Part shown: positions 21,959 through 32,264 of the stretch, one piece after another
How positions within the stretch are numbered: the stretch's first letter is position 1
How the letters are laid out: every line of letters starts with the position of its first letter
Source of the DNA: Nannocystis bainbridge
Lineage (GTDB): Bacteria > Myxococcota_A > Polyangia > Nannocystales > Nannocystaceae
DNA length: 64,000 nucleotides
Reading direction: 5' to 3'
NCBI RefSeq assembly: GCF_028368995.1
Contig: NZ_JAQNDL010000003.1
Coordinates: 2,272,001 to 2,336,000, forward strand
The notes under the pieces: model-generated
Database searches by the model: none
What the model was told of the DNA's origin: nothing
Seen by the model: the letters and a program-made list of their open reading frames with translations, nothing else
Made by a program: the position numbers and the translations under genes

Positions 21959-23368
21959 GTGATACAGTCCGCGGCGATGCTCGGATCGCTCCGCACCGCC
22001 CTCGTCCGCGCCACCGATCGCGCCGCCATTCGTATGACCGGCGGGGTGCGGCGGCCGGGCGAGCCGCCGATCGTGCGCGCGCGGCTGCCCTTCCTCGGCC
22101 ACGCGCTGGCGATGGGGCGCGACCTCACCGCCCTCCTGCGCGCGTGTCAGCGCCAGCACGGCGATGTCTTCACCCTGCTGGTCGCGGGTCAGCGCATGCA
22201 CTTCGTGCTCGACCCGCTGAGCTTCCCGCTGGTGCTCAAGGCGCAGGACAACCTGACCTTCCACGAGATCGGCCAGGAGATCGGCACACGCGCGTTCGGC
22301 TACACCTCGCCGCCGCCCGGCCGCGATTACGACGAGCTCGAGAGCTACTACGGCGAGCACCTCAAGAACGCCGCGCTCGGCCCGCTGACCGCGCGCATGG
22401 AGGAGCGGCTGCGGATCGCCTTCGACCGCTTCACCGGCGACGACTGGCGCGAGGAGGGGCTGTTCGACTTCAGCGCCCGGGTGATCTTCGCCGCCGGCAT
22501 GGAGACCCTTTACGGCGAGGGCATCGCCGACGACGCCGCCGTCCGCGACTTCCAGCGCATCGACAAGTGGTTCCCGCTGCTGGCTGCCGGCGCGCCCGCG
22601 GCCGCGTTCCCCGGCCTCCTGCGCGCGCGTGGACGGCTGCTCGTGCGCGTCGATCGCATGCGCCCCGACGCCAGCCCCTTCATCCGCGCCCGCGACCTCT
22701 TGTTGGGAAAGATCACCACCCCGCGCAATCGCCGGCACCTGCAGGCCGCGATGGTCTGGGCCTCGCAGGCCAACACCTTGCCGGCGGCATTCTGGGCTCT
22801 GGCCCATCTGCTCACCGATCCGCCCGGCCGCGCCGCCGTGGTCGCCGAGGTCGAGCAGCGCGGCTTCTCCGACCTCAAGCGCCTGCCCCAATTGTTCAGC
22901 AGCATCTGCGAGACGCTGCGGCTGTGCAGCGAATCCTTGACGATCCGGCTGGTCCACCGCGACTGCGAGCTGACTCTGGCCGACGGCAGCAGCATCACCC
23001 TGCGCGCCGGCGACCGGGTCGCGCTGTGCCCGCAAGTGGCCCACCGCGATCCGGAGATCTTCGCCGACCCGGAGCGCTTCCAATTCGACCGTTTCCTGTC
23101 CGACACCGGCGGCCCGCGGCAATTTTTGAAGGGTGGCCAGCGTGTACCGATCCCCCTGATGCCCTACGGCGGCGGCGTCAGCATGTGTCCTGGCCGCTTC
23201 CTCGCCAACAACGAGGTCATGCAATTCGCCGGGCTCGCGCTCACGCAACTCGACATCGAGCTGCTCGAGCAGGAGTTGCCCCCGGTCGACAAGACCCGCG
23301 CCGGCCTCGGCGTGCTGTCCCCGACCCGCGATGTGCGCTGCCGGATCCGCCGCCGCCCGCGCGCCTGA
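21959..23368 (+). CDS. Cytochrome P450 with CYP7/CYP8-like signatures
   Basis: RRPGEPP...PFLGHAL; I-helix WASQANTLPAAFW; ETLRL; DPERFQFDRF; heme motif MPYGGGVSMCPGRFLA. Confidence 0.9.
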   Translation: MIQSAAMLGSLRTALVRATDRAAIRMTGGVRRPGEPPIVRARLPFLGHALAMGRDLTALLRACQRQHGDVFTLLVAGQRMHFVLDPLSFPLVLKAQDNLTFHEIGQEIGTRAFGYTSPPPGRDYDELESYYGEHLKNAALGPLTARMEERLRIAFDRFTGDDWREEGLFDFSARVIFAAGMETLYGEGIADDAAVRDFQRIDKWFPLLAAGAPAAAFPGLLRARGRLLVRVDRMRPDASPFIRARDLLLGKITTPRNRRHLQAAMVWASQANTLPAAFWALAHLLTDPPGRAAVVAEVEQRGFSDLKRLPQLFSSICETLRLCSESLTIRLVHRDCELTLADGSSITLRAGDRVALCPQVAHRDPEIFADPERFQFDRFLSDTGGPRQFLKGGQRVPIPLMPYGGGVSMCPGRFLANNEVMQFAGLALTQLDIELLEQELPPVDKTRAGLGVLSPTRDVRCRIRRRPRA

Positions 23369-23571
23369 TCCTCATTTCTTGACCTCGATGGTTCGCGGCT
23401 TCATTTCTGCTGGCACGACCCGACCCGAGTTTTTTAAATCTGTCCTCAAGGACATCTCATGACAATCGCGCCGACTGAACGTCAGCGACCCTGACCGGGG
23501 CGAGGGGTTATTCGCCGGGCCAGGGTCTCGACAGGACTTTCAAGGCGGACGCTCTCGATCTGCCACGGCGA

Positions 23572-24165
23572 TCACGTGCCGGGCTTGGCGGCCAGGGCCG
23601 ACGGCGGCGGCTCAGTCTTGACGCGGGCGACCTGGGCGCAGTTGAGCTCGCAGGTGGCCTGGTCGGTGGCGCGCACGCTCTTGTGGTTGTGACACTGCTT
23701 GACGCACGTCTCGAGCTGCGTGAACACCTTGTCGGGCAGCGGCGACGAAGTCTGCGCTGCCATCGTCTTGCACGAGCTGTTGCACGCGGCGTCGTCGCTG
23801 CCCGAGCAGCGGCCGAGGCACTCGGTGGCCTGGGCGATCTCGTCGCGGTCTTCGGCGGTCACGGCGCCGCGGGCCTCTGCGCCGTAAGCCGTCTCGCAGT
23901 TGAGGCTGCAGGTCTTTTGGTCGGTCTTCGCATTCACGTCGTCGCACGAGGTAAGACACTCGGAGAGGCTGGAGAACGTGCGGCCGCTGCTGCTCGCCGC
24001 GGCGAAGTCGGGCGCCACGACCACCGGCGTGGTCGCCAGCTTGCGTTCGGGCGCGGCCCGATCCTTGGCCGTGGGGGCGGCCACGACCTCCTTCTTGAGG
24101 AACTCCTGCTGGTCGCAACCGACGGCCAGCGCGAGGACGATGAGGAGCTTGGTCGCGTGATTCAT
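23572..24165 (-). CDS. Hypothetical Cys-rich lipoprotein
   Basis: Lipobox LAVGC; repeated CxxxC...TD..TC.LNC units. Confidence 0.7.
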   Translation of the reverse strand: MNHATKLLIVLALAVGCDQQEFLKKEVVAAPTAKDRAAPERKLATTPVVVAPDFAAASSSGRTFSSLSECLTSCDDVNAKTDQKTCSLNCETAYGAEARGAVTAEDRDEIAQATECLGRCSGSDDAACNSSCKTMAAQTSSPLPDKVFTQLETCVKQCHNHKSVRATDQATCELNCAQVARVKTEPPPSALAAKPGT

Positions 24166-24695
24166 GGCGTTCGTTCCTTTCGAAGCCCTCCATCGACGGG
24201 GGGTGCTCAAACCCTGTGCGAGGCGGCGACTGTCGACCTGTGGCGGCCCTGCAACCCCACCACGACCACGAATCGCGCCCTGCCGATTGATCACACCAGC
24301 GAGCCGCGCAAATTGCGCATCGACGAATATCCCACTCTCTCGTCAATCACAGCAGATCGTACTCCCTGCGCCCGCGCCCGGCCGAGCCCGCCGCCCGCAT
24401 CGCATCCATGTCTCCCGGCACATGGCCTTTTCACCAGGTCACGACCAACTGCGACTGCCCTCAATCGCCGAGCGACCTGGACCGTGCGCGGGTCCTTCTG
24501 CGATCGCGCAATGACTCCAGGAGTCGACGTCGAACCGCGACCGGCAGCGCCTGATTCGATCGTGCATGCGCCGCCCGATACGCCGCCTCGGCGGCCACGC
24601 CGACGACGAGCCCGGCGCAGACTCGACGATCTCTCCGCCGTGCGGAGGGCTTCAGCCTTCGCCGCTGCGCCGACGCCCCGGAGCCGCGATTCGCC

Positions 24696-26141
24696 TCACC
24701 CGCCGCCGGGCGCGCCCGCGGCGGCCTTGCCCGCACCTGTCTTTGCGGACATCTGACTGCGCAGGTCGAGCAGCGCCGTGCGCAGGCCCTCCTCTACCAC
24801 CGGGTGGTAGAACGGCAGGCGCAGCGCCTGCTCGACCGTCAGCGAGCTCTGGATCGCCCACGCCAGCAGGTGCGCCAGGTGTTCGCCGGCGGGCCCCGCC
24901 AATTCGGCCCCGAGCAGCGCCCCGGTCGCGTCCGAGCCGTACACGCGCAGCAGCCCGTGGTTCTTGCCCATCACCCGCGCGCGGCCCTGGTCGCCGAAGT
25001 CGACCTGGCCGATCGAGCAGGTCGCCAGGTCGAGCGAATTGAACCGGCGGCCGACGAACGCCACCTGCGGGTCGGTGAACACGATCCCGAGCGGCGTGCG
25101 GCGCTCGCCCGGCAGCACCGTCGGGAACGACGCCGCGTTGCGCCCGGCGATCTGGCCGTCGTCGATCGCCTCGTGCAGCAGCGGGTGCAGCCCGGTCGCG
25201 TCGCCGGCCAGGAACACCGGCGCCTCGCCGCACTGCAGCGTGGTCGCGTCGAGCTCGCGCGGCCGGCCCTTGTCGTCGAGCTCGACGCCCGCGCGCTCCA
25301 GCTCGAGCCCTTTCAGCCGCGGCTCGCGGCCGGTCGCCGCCAGCACCATCGGCCATGTCCCTTCGGACACCTCGCCGTCCTCGCCGCGAAACCTGACCCA
25401 CACCCCGTCGACCCGCGCCTCGGCCGCCTCGAGCTTCGAGCGGGTGTGCAGCGTCATCTCGCGCGCCAGCCCGGACTTGGCCGCCGCCAGCACCGCCGGG
25501 TCGCGGATGCCGGCCACCTTGCCGTCGGCGCAAATCACCGTCACGCGCGCCCCGAGCCGCGCCAGCGCCTGCCCGAGCTCGACCCCGATCGGCCCCGCGC
25601 CGACCACCAGCAGGCGCTCGGGGATCGCCTCGAGCTCGAACACCTGGTCCGAGTCGATCACCCGCGGCGACTCCAGCTTCGCCAGCAGCGGCGGCACCTT
25701 CACCACCGACCCCGTCGCCACCACCACCGCCTTGCGCGCCTTGACCCGCAGGTCATCGCCGACCGCGAGCTCGTTCGTCGCCACGAAGCGGGCTCGACCG
25801 TCGATGAGCAGCCCGTTCGCGGCGAGCCGACGGACCTCCTTCAACTGATACTCGACGAAGCGGTCGCGCTCGCGGCGGACGCGGCCCATCACCTCGCCGG
25901 GGACCACGCGCGGCTCGCCCGCGTGCACGCCGAAGCGCTTGGCCTCGCGGACCGCGTGCGCCGCCTCGCCGGCCGCGATCAGCAGCTTCGAGGGCATGCA
26001 GCCGACCCGCGCGCACAGGGTCCCGAGCGGCCCCGGATCGATCGCCACCGCCTGCGCCCCCGCCTTCTCCGCCGCTCGCCGGGCGTTGAGCCCCGCCGTC
26101 CCCACGCCGATCACCGCGACATCGACCGTCTGCTCGCGCAT
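24696..26141 (-). CDS. Dihydrolipoyl dehydrogenase-like pyridine nucleotide-disulfide oxidoreductase
   Basis: VIGVGTAG, CARVGCMPSK redox disulfide, VGAGPIG, FYHPVVEE. Confidence 0.9.
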   Translation of the reverse strand: MREQTVDVAVIGVGTAGLNARRAAEKAGAQAVAIDPGPLGTLCARVGCMPSKLLIAAGEAAHAVREAKRFGVHAGEPRVVPGEVMGRVRRERDRFVEYQLKEVRRLAANGLLIDGRARFVATNELAVGDDLRVKARKAVVVATGSVVKVPPLLAKLESPRVIDSDQVFELEAIPERLLVVGAGPIGVELGQALARLGARVTVICADGKVAGIRDPAVLAAAKSGLAREMTLHTRSKLEAAEARVDGVWVRFRGEDGEVSEGTWPMVLAATGREPRLKGLELERAGVELDDKGRPRELDATTLQCGEAPVFLAGDATGLHPLLHEAIDDGQIAGRNAASFPTVLPGERRTPLGIVFTDPQVAFVGRRFNSLDLATCSIGQVDFGDQGRARVMGKNHGLLRVYGSDATGALLGAELAGPAGEHLAHLLAWAIQSSLTVEQALRLPFYHPVVEEGLRTALLDLRSQMSAKTGAGKAAAGAPGGG

Positions 26142-26199
26142 GGCGGAACTATAGCCAAGACTTGCCGCGGGGCGCGTCCGCGCGATTGTGCGCCACGGC

Positions 26200-27006
26200 T
26201 CAGCCCGGATGCACCCCGCGTCCGCCGGCGCGCCTGACCTTTTCGACCTGTGTCTTCGGACCTGTCTCTTGGATCATGTCGCTCAGCGGACACGCGCCGA
26301 GCCTGGCCAGGTCGGCCGCGGCCGCCTCGGCCCAGCCGCTGTTGGCGAGCGGCGACGCCGGGCTCGGATGAAGGATCTTGCCGATCTTGGCCCGCGCGCC
26401 GACGACCTTCTGCGCCCGCTTCTCGGCCCACGCGCCGATGCCGACGACCCATGTCGGCTCGAGCAGCTCGACCAGGCGCAGCAGGTGGCGGTCGCACGCG
26501 GCCTCGAGCGGCGCGCGCTCGCCCGCGGGCAGCTTGTCGGGCGTGAAGTTCTTGCCGCTCGCCTCGATGAAGGTCAGCGGGCAGTAATTGGCGACGTAAT
26601 GGCGGTTGAAGAACCGCTCCGCGGCGCCCCATCGCTGGGCCACCGCGCCCCACAGGCGCGAGCCGCTGACCTCCGCGCGCGTGCACGCGAACCCTTGCAC
26701 CGGCCGCTCCGGGTGCTCGTGAGCGGGCCGCGACACCGGCGCCTCGATCTTCAAGAAGTCGCGCACCGCCTTGACCTCGCCGAACGGCACCCCCGTCTGC
26801 GTCATCCCGAACGGCCCCGGGTTCATGCCGAGGAACACGATGTCCTTGCGCCCGCGCCCGTACGCGGCGATGTACGCGGCGTGAGGCGCCCACGCGTAGT
26901 CGAGCGGGTGATACACGTGGGTGATCGGCTCGGCGAACGAGAGGCTGCGCACCTCGTCCGCGAGCCTTCTGGCTGCGGCCTGCAGCTCGGCGGCGATCGT
27001 CGTCAT
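26200..27006 (-). CDS. SMUG1-family single-strand-selective uracil-DNA glycosylase
   Basis: GMNPGPFGMTQTGVPFG, EVSGSRLW, NYCPL, HPSPASP. Confidence 0.9.
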   Translation of the reverse strand: MTTIAAELQAAARRLADEVRSLSFAEPITHVYHPLDYAWAPHAAYIAAYGRGRKDIVFLGMNPGPFGMTQTGVPFGEVKAVRDFLKIEAPVSRPAHEHPERPVQGFACTRAEVSGSRLWGAVAQRWGAAERFFNRHYVANYCPLTFIEASGKNFTPDKLPAGERAPLEAACDRHLLRLVELLEPTWVVGIGAWAEKRAQKVVGARAKIGKILHPSPASPLANSGWAEAAAADLARLGACPLSDMIQETGPKTQVEKVRRAGGRGVHPG

Positions 27007-27939
27007 GACAGTGCCGCCATACGCCGAAACAGCGGTCCGCAGCAAGGGCCGAGCGTTCGCCATTTTTGTATGCTCGATCGCAAGAGTTTCACTGCGACGC
27101 AACGCTTTGAACCAAAGCCGCGACCCGCAAACCATGAAGTCCGTTGCATGCTGCTGCAACGACCCGCTGCGAACACGACCTCGGCCGTGACGCACGAGCG
27201 GCGCGGCCGCCATGCAGCGACACCGACCGGCGCTTCCTTCTCTTCGCGGATCCGCGTCGAGGCGTCCGGCCCATGCCCGGCTCGGCGCACGCCGTCGCGT
27301 CGCTCAGGTTCTTGCCGAGCCCGAGCTTGATCGCGAAATCTCCTCGCCAGCCCGGCGCTGCCCGGGTGAGCCGCTCGTGATCGATCTCCCGGCCTCCGCC
27401 CTGCTCAGGCATGTCGTCCCCGGCAGGCGCGCACGCACCGCCCCACCAATCCGTGCTGGTCGCATCGTTCAGCATCGCCAGGGCGGCGCTCCGAACCCAC
27501 GGACCCGCTCATCCGCGGCTTCGGTCCCGCGACCTGGCAGCGCGGTCATCTATACGTTCGATGCCTCGACACCTCCGCAGCGATACGACCTGGCACCGTA
27601 ACCTTTGAGCTTTTGTCGCGACACGGCCGCCCGCGAACGCGGACGCGAAGCGCCCAGGAGGCCGCCCGGGCCCTCCTGGCGGGCATCTGCGACATTTCCG
27701 CCGCGTCACGTGTCGCGCGTTATCGCCCGCCAATGGCGGCTGTTTCGCGCCGGCCGTCGGCTGCAGGGTGCTCACCCGACGGACCGGGCGGACCCGCCTC
27801 GCGGTTCGTACTACCAGCAATGACCCCCATTGGCGGCAGTCCAAGTCTGCGATCAACACCGGGTGCGCGGCCCGTTGCACCTGCATGGACCGGTTGCAGC
27901 GCGTTGCGCGGTCGCGCACCTCGCTGGTATCTTCATGGC

Positions 27940-30162
27940 ATGCGATGGTCCCCCCACCTCGTCGCCCTCCTGTTTGCGTCCGCGTGTGGTTTTGAAGAAG
28001 ACGGCTCGTCTGCCTCTCAGGGCGGCGGGAACGGCGATGGAACCACCACCACCACCACCACCGGCGAGCCGACCACCGGCGCCGAACTACCCCCGGGTTT
28101 TTGGCCTGGCGTCGCCTGCGCCCCTGCTGCCGAGGAGCAGGAGTCCGGGCCGAAGATCTATTTCGACCTCGACGCCGGCAAGCTCGCCGGCCGCGATTTT
28201 TTCCGCCTGCCGTTCCCGCTCGACGCGCGTCGGCGCGGCGGCGGCATCGACCTCACCGGCTTTCCGAGCCCGCCGCCCGAGCTCGACCCCGCCTTTGGCA
28301 ACGTCGTCGGCCGCTGGTTGACCATGCTGCGGTCCGACGCCGCCGGCTTCGCCGTCAACAGCGCCATCCTCTTTCGCAGCACCCACGGCCTCGGCTCGCC
28401 GCAGGGCATCTCGATCGTCAACATCGACCCGGGCCACCCCGACTACGGCAAGAAGCTCGAGGGCCTGTCGTACAGCGCCAAGAACGGCGACACCAGCGGC
28501 AACAACTATATCTGCCGCAACTGGCTCGCCGTCGAGACCATCGACGGCGTCCCGCTCGCGCCCGACACCACCTACGCGGTGCTGATCACCGACGACCTGC
28601 GCACCGTCGACGGCGAGCGGCTCAGCCCCGATGCTGACTTTTCGGCCATGCTCCAAGGGACAGCCCCGAGCAGCGGCGCGCGCAAGGCCGCGTGGGACAC
28701 CTTCGCCCCGCTGCGCCAGTTCCTCGGCAGCGCCGAGAACCAGGCCGGCGAGAACGTCCAGGCCGGCCGCCTGGTCGGCGGCAGCGTGTTCACCACCGCC
28801 GCCAACACCGAGGTCCTCGCCGGCGCCCGCGCGGCCGCGCGAGCCGCCCCGCTCTACGTCTCCGACCTCCACCTGTGCCAGGCCGCCGGCCCGAGCCCGT
28901 GCTCCGAGTTCGTCGGCCTGACCGCCGAGGAGCGAGCCGAGCGCGAGTGCGGCGCGCCGTCGCCCGATCATCTCGAGGTGCACGGCCGCGTGCGCCTGCC
29001 GATCTTCCAGGAGGGCATCCCGCCGTACGCCGAGATCGGCGGCCGCATCGACATCGAGGCCGGCGCGCCGGTCCAGCGCACCAGCGTCGACGCCTGCTTC
29101 AGCGTGACCCTCCCGGCCGGCCCGCCGCCCGAAGCCGGCTGGCCGGCGCTGGTCTACGCCCACGGCACCGGCGGCGGCTTCCGCAGCCCGCTGATCGACG
29201 GCACCGCCCGCGCCCTGGCCGGCCGCGGCTTCGCCACCATCGCCCTCGAGGGCGTGATGCACGGCGAGCGCCGCAACGACAGCGACGACGACGGCGAGGT
29301 CGAGGGCCTCGACGTCGATCAATTGGTGTTCAACGTCCGCAACCCCGAGTCCGCGCGCGACACGATCGTGCAGGGGGCGATCGATCAATTCACCGCGCTC
29401 CGCCTGGCGGAGGAGTGGCAAGACGAGACCCTGCTCGCCGGCCAGGTGCTGCGATTCGACGCGAGCGCGCTGTTCTTCATGGGCCACAGCCAGGGCGCCA
29501 ATTCAGGCGCGCTGTTCCTGCCGTTCGAGCCGCTGGTGCGCGCCGCGGTGCTGAGCGGCGGCGGGGCCAAGCTGCCGCGCACCCTGCTCGGCAAGGAGGA
29601 GCCCAAGGTCGAAAACCCGGTCAACGGCGACTGGCTGGCCCCGCGCGAGCTGCTGCAGCTGGCGTTCCAGGAGCGCCCCGACCGCCCGCTCGACACGCCG
29701 CACCCGATGCTCATCCTGCTCAACACCTACGTCAATCGCTCCGACGCCGACAACACCGCACCGCTGATTCGTCGCCGCCCGCTCGACGGCGTCCCGGCCA
29801 AGCACGTGCTCAATTACATCGGCCACGTCGACAGCTACAGCCCGCTGCGCGCCGCCGGCAACCTCGCCATGGGCATCGCCGCGCCGATCGGCGAGCACAA
29901 CCTGTTCCCGCCGCCCTGTGATGATTACACCGACGAGAACGAGCGCATCGCCTGCGGCTGGACCGCCGGCCAATGGCTGCCCGAGGTCGACCTCCCGGCC
30001 ACCGGCAACGCCAGCGGCGGCCAGCTCACCGCCGTCACCCGTATGCTGCCCGCGCCCGCCGGCAAGGACGGTCACTACGTCGCCTTCGAACCGGCCGAGA
30101 TGACCCGCATCGCCGACTTCTTCGAGTCCGCCCTCGGCGGCGAGGTCCCGACAGTAAAATGA
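27940..30162 (+). CDS. Lipoprotein with alpha/beta-hydrolase domain
   Basis: Lipobox ASAC, Thr-rich linker, FFRLPFP, YAHGTGG, nucleophile motif GHSQG, C-terminal DGH. Confidence 0.8.
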   Translation: MRWSPHLVALLFASACGFEEDGSSASQGGGNGDGTTTTTTTGEPTTGAELPPGFWPGVACAPAAEEQESGPKIYFDLDAGKLAGRDFFRLPFPLDARRRGGGIDLTGFPSPPPELDPAFGNVVGRWLTMLRSDAAGFAVNSAILFRSTHGLGSPQGISIVNIDPGHPDYGKKLEGLSYSAKNGDTSGNNYICRNWLAVETIDGVPLAPDTTYAVLITDDLRTVDGERLSPDADFSAMLQGTAPSSGARKAAWDTFAPLRQFLGSAENQAGENVQAGRLVGGSVFTTAANTEVLAGARAAARAAPLYVSDLHLCQAAGPSPCSEFVGLTAEERAERECGAPSPDHLEVHGRVRLPIFQEGIPPYAEIGGRIDIEAGAPVQRTSVDACFSVTLPAGPPPEAGWPALVYAHGTGGGFRSPLIDGTARALAGRGFATIALEGVMHGERRNDSDDDGEVEGLDVDQLVFNVRNPESARDTIVQGAIDQFTALRLAEEWQDETLLAGQVLRFDASALFFMGHSQGANSGALFLPFEPLVRAAVLSGGGAKLPRTLLGKEEPKVENPVNGDWLAPRELLQLAFQERPDRPLDTPHPMLILLNTYVNRSDADNTAPLIRRRPLDGVPAKHVLNYIGHVDSYSPLRAAGNLAMGIAAPIGEHNLFPPPCDDYTDENERIACGWTAGQWLPEVDLPATGNASGGQLTAVTRMLPAPAGKDGHYVAFEPAEMTRIADFFESALGGEVPTVK

Positions 30163-30239
30163 GCGATTCCGCGCGAAAATAACCTCACGCGCGTTAGTTT
30201 TTATACTTTTATTGTAAGTTTTGTCGTATTCTCGACGGC

Positions 30240-31229
30240 ATGGCTTCGACGCTTTGCCGCCGAGTCTTCTGCTTCACCCTCGCCTGCGCCTGCGGTCCCC
30301 AACCCGCCGACGAGACCACCGGCACCACCGATACGCCCGGCACCACCGATACGCCGGGCCTCACCACCGGCACGACGAGCACCACCGGCGACACCACCCT
30401 CGTCGAGACAACCTCGACGGTCACCGGCAATCCCACCACCGCGCATCCCACCACCACGAGTCCCACGCTCACGACGGACAGCGACGATTCGGGCGTGACC
30501 GGCGGCGACTTCGTCATCACCCCGGACGGCGGCGGCAGCATTTGTGACGATGCGGTACGCCTCTCGCAATGCGATCCGTGGAACCAGAATTGCCCCCGCG
30601 GTGAGAAGTGCTCGCCCTCGAACCGCGGCTGCGACGAGCTCGAGATGAACCGCTGCGACGAGCTCCCGCGCCAGCCCGTCCCGGTCGGCGGCGCCTGCAC
30701 CTCCGAGAATCATCCGCTCAGCGGCCGAAACGACTGTGACATCGGCGCCACCTGCTGGTTCGTCGATCCCGCAAGCCTGACCGGGACCTGCGTCAGCCTG
30801 TGCCACGGCTCGCCCGAAGCCCCCGACTGCACCCACGTGCCTGGCACCACCTGCGTGTTCGTCCACGACAACGATTACGCCCCGCTGTGCCTGCCGACCT
30901 GCGATCCGCTCGAGAAGACCTGTCCCGCAGGACATCATTGTCACCCGACCCCGCACGCCCCCGAGGCGTTCGCCTGCATCCCCGACACCTCGGCGCCGGT
31001 CGGCGCGGCCTTCGAACCGTGCAGCACTACCAACTGCGCCCCCGGCCTGCTCTGCGCCGAGCCCGAAGCCGCCGCCGTCGAATGTGCCCCCGACACCAAT
31101 TGCTGCACCCCCCTGTGCGACCTCGACGCCCCCGCCTGCCCCGGCGCCGGCCAGTCCTGCCTGCCCTACTACGAGATCGGCCAGGCCCCCGCCGGCCTCG
31201 AGAACGTCGGCCGCTGCGCCCTGCCGTGA
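30240..31229 (+). CDS. Cys-rich lipoprotein with Thr-rich linker
   Basis: LACAC lipobox; CDPWNQNCPRGEKC and CDPLEKTCPAG repeats; CCTPLCDL. Confidence 0.8.
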   Translation: MASTLCRRVFCFTLACACGPQPADETTGTTDTPGTTDTPGLTTGTTSTTGDTTLVETTSTVTGNPTTAHPTTTSPTLTTDSDDSGVTGGDFVITPDGGGSICDDAVRLSQCDPWNQNCPRGEKCSPSNRGCDELEMNRCDELPRQPVPVGGACTSENHPLSGRNDCDIGATCWFVDPASLTGTCVSLCHGSPEAPDCTHVPGTTCVFVHDNDYAPLCLPTCDPLEKTCPAGHHCHPTPHAPEAFACIPDTSAPVGAAFEPCSTTNCAPGLLCAEPEAAAVECAPDTNCCTPLCDLDAPACPGAGQSCLPYYEIGQAPAGLENVGRCALP

Positions 31230-31454
31230 TTCGCCCACCCATGATTCAGGCTCGCCGGCGCGAATGCCCACATCCCCGCGAGCCCACGCTACCGAGCTCC
31301 GGGCTCTCGGTCCCCACCGTCGGCGGGGCCCTCGACCTCCTCCCGCAATGAAGGGCCGCGCCCCGGCGCGCAGGTCCGCGCGTCCGGGTGGTGCGCAGGT
31401 TTTTCCGCACCGCGCGAAGTTGACTGCCGCCGGCCGCTGACCGACGATCGGTGG

Positions 31455-32264
31455 GTGCATGGCCTGCTCCGCCTCGTCCCCTGTCTCGCCCTGACCGCGT
31501 GCATCGAGCGCGCGCCTGCCTCGGAAGACAGCGACAGCGGCGGCTCGACCACGTCCCCCGTCAGCACCACCGCCGCAACCGACGACTCGGCCTCCGGCGG
31601 CACCGACGACTCGGCCTCCGGCGGCACCGACGACGCGGCCACCGACGGCGTGTCGGGCGCGCACGCGGGCCCCTGCAAGCCGATCGAGGGCAACGACTGT
31701 CCCACGGGACATGTCTGCTGTTCCGACGATCCGGCGACCGTTCAGGGCCTCCTCCCCAATTATTTTAAAATGGGCGTGGTCGACGACCAGATCGGCACCC
31801 CATTGTTCTCCGACGCCAACAACGACCGCAGCTACTGGGGTTATTGCATCGACACGAGCGAGTTCGTCAGCCCGCTCGGGAACGGCTGCCCGGTCCCGTG
31901 CAATCCGACCTGGACGTCGGAGCAGAACTCGACGATCTGCGGCGGCTCCCGGTGCTGCCCGTTCACCGCCGTCGACCCGGCCAAGGACTGCGTCGTCGAC
32001 CCCGATTCGGGGCGCTGGCGGACCGTGCGCGGCTCCGATTTCCTCAACGAGCTCACCGGCTGGGGCAACGGCCACGCCACCCACCAGGACCCGTTCCTCG
32101 AGAGCTGCGAGCTGCTCGCCGACGGTGACGAGGACGCCCGCGTCGACTGCATCCGCCAGCTCGGCGTCGCCGACCAGCGCGGCTACTGCTTCGCCCTCGA
32201 CTGCCCGTGCGTCGAGGACGTGTGCGACCAGAAGAACCCCGACTACGTCCCGCGCTGCGACTGA
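31455..32264 (+). CDS. Cys-rich lipoprotein
   Basis: LTAC lipobox; DDSASGGT tandem repeats; many Cys. Confidence 0.75.
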   Translation: MHGLLRLVPCLALTACIERAPASEDSDSGGSTTSPVSTTAATDDSASGGTDDSASGGTDDAATDGVSGAHAGPCKPIEGNDCPTGHVCCSDDPATVQGLLPNYFKMGVVDDQIGTPLFSDANNDRSYWGYCIDTSEFVSPLGNGCPVPCNPTWTSEQNSTICGGSRCCPFTAVDPAKDCVVDPDSGRWRTVRGSDFLNELTGWGNGHATHQDPFLESCELLADGDEDARVDCIRQLGVADQRGYCFALDCPCVEDVCDQKNPDYVPRCD

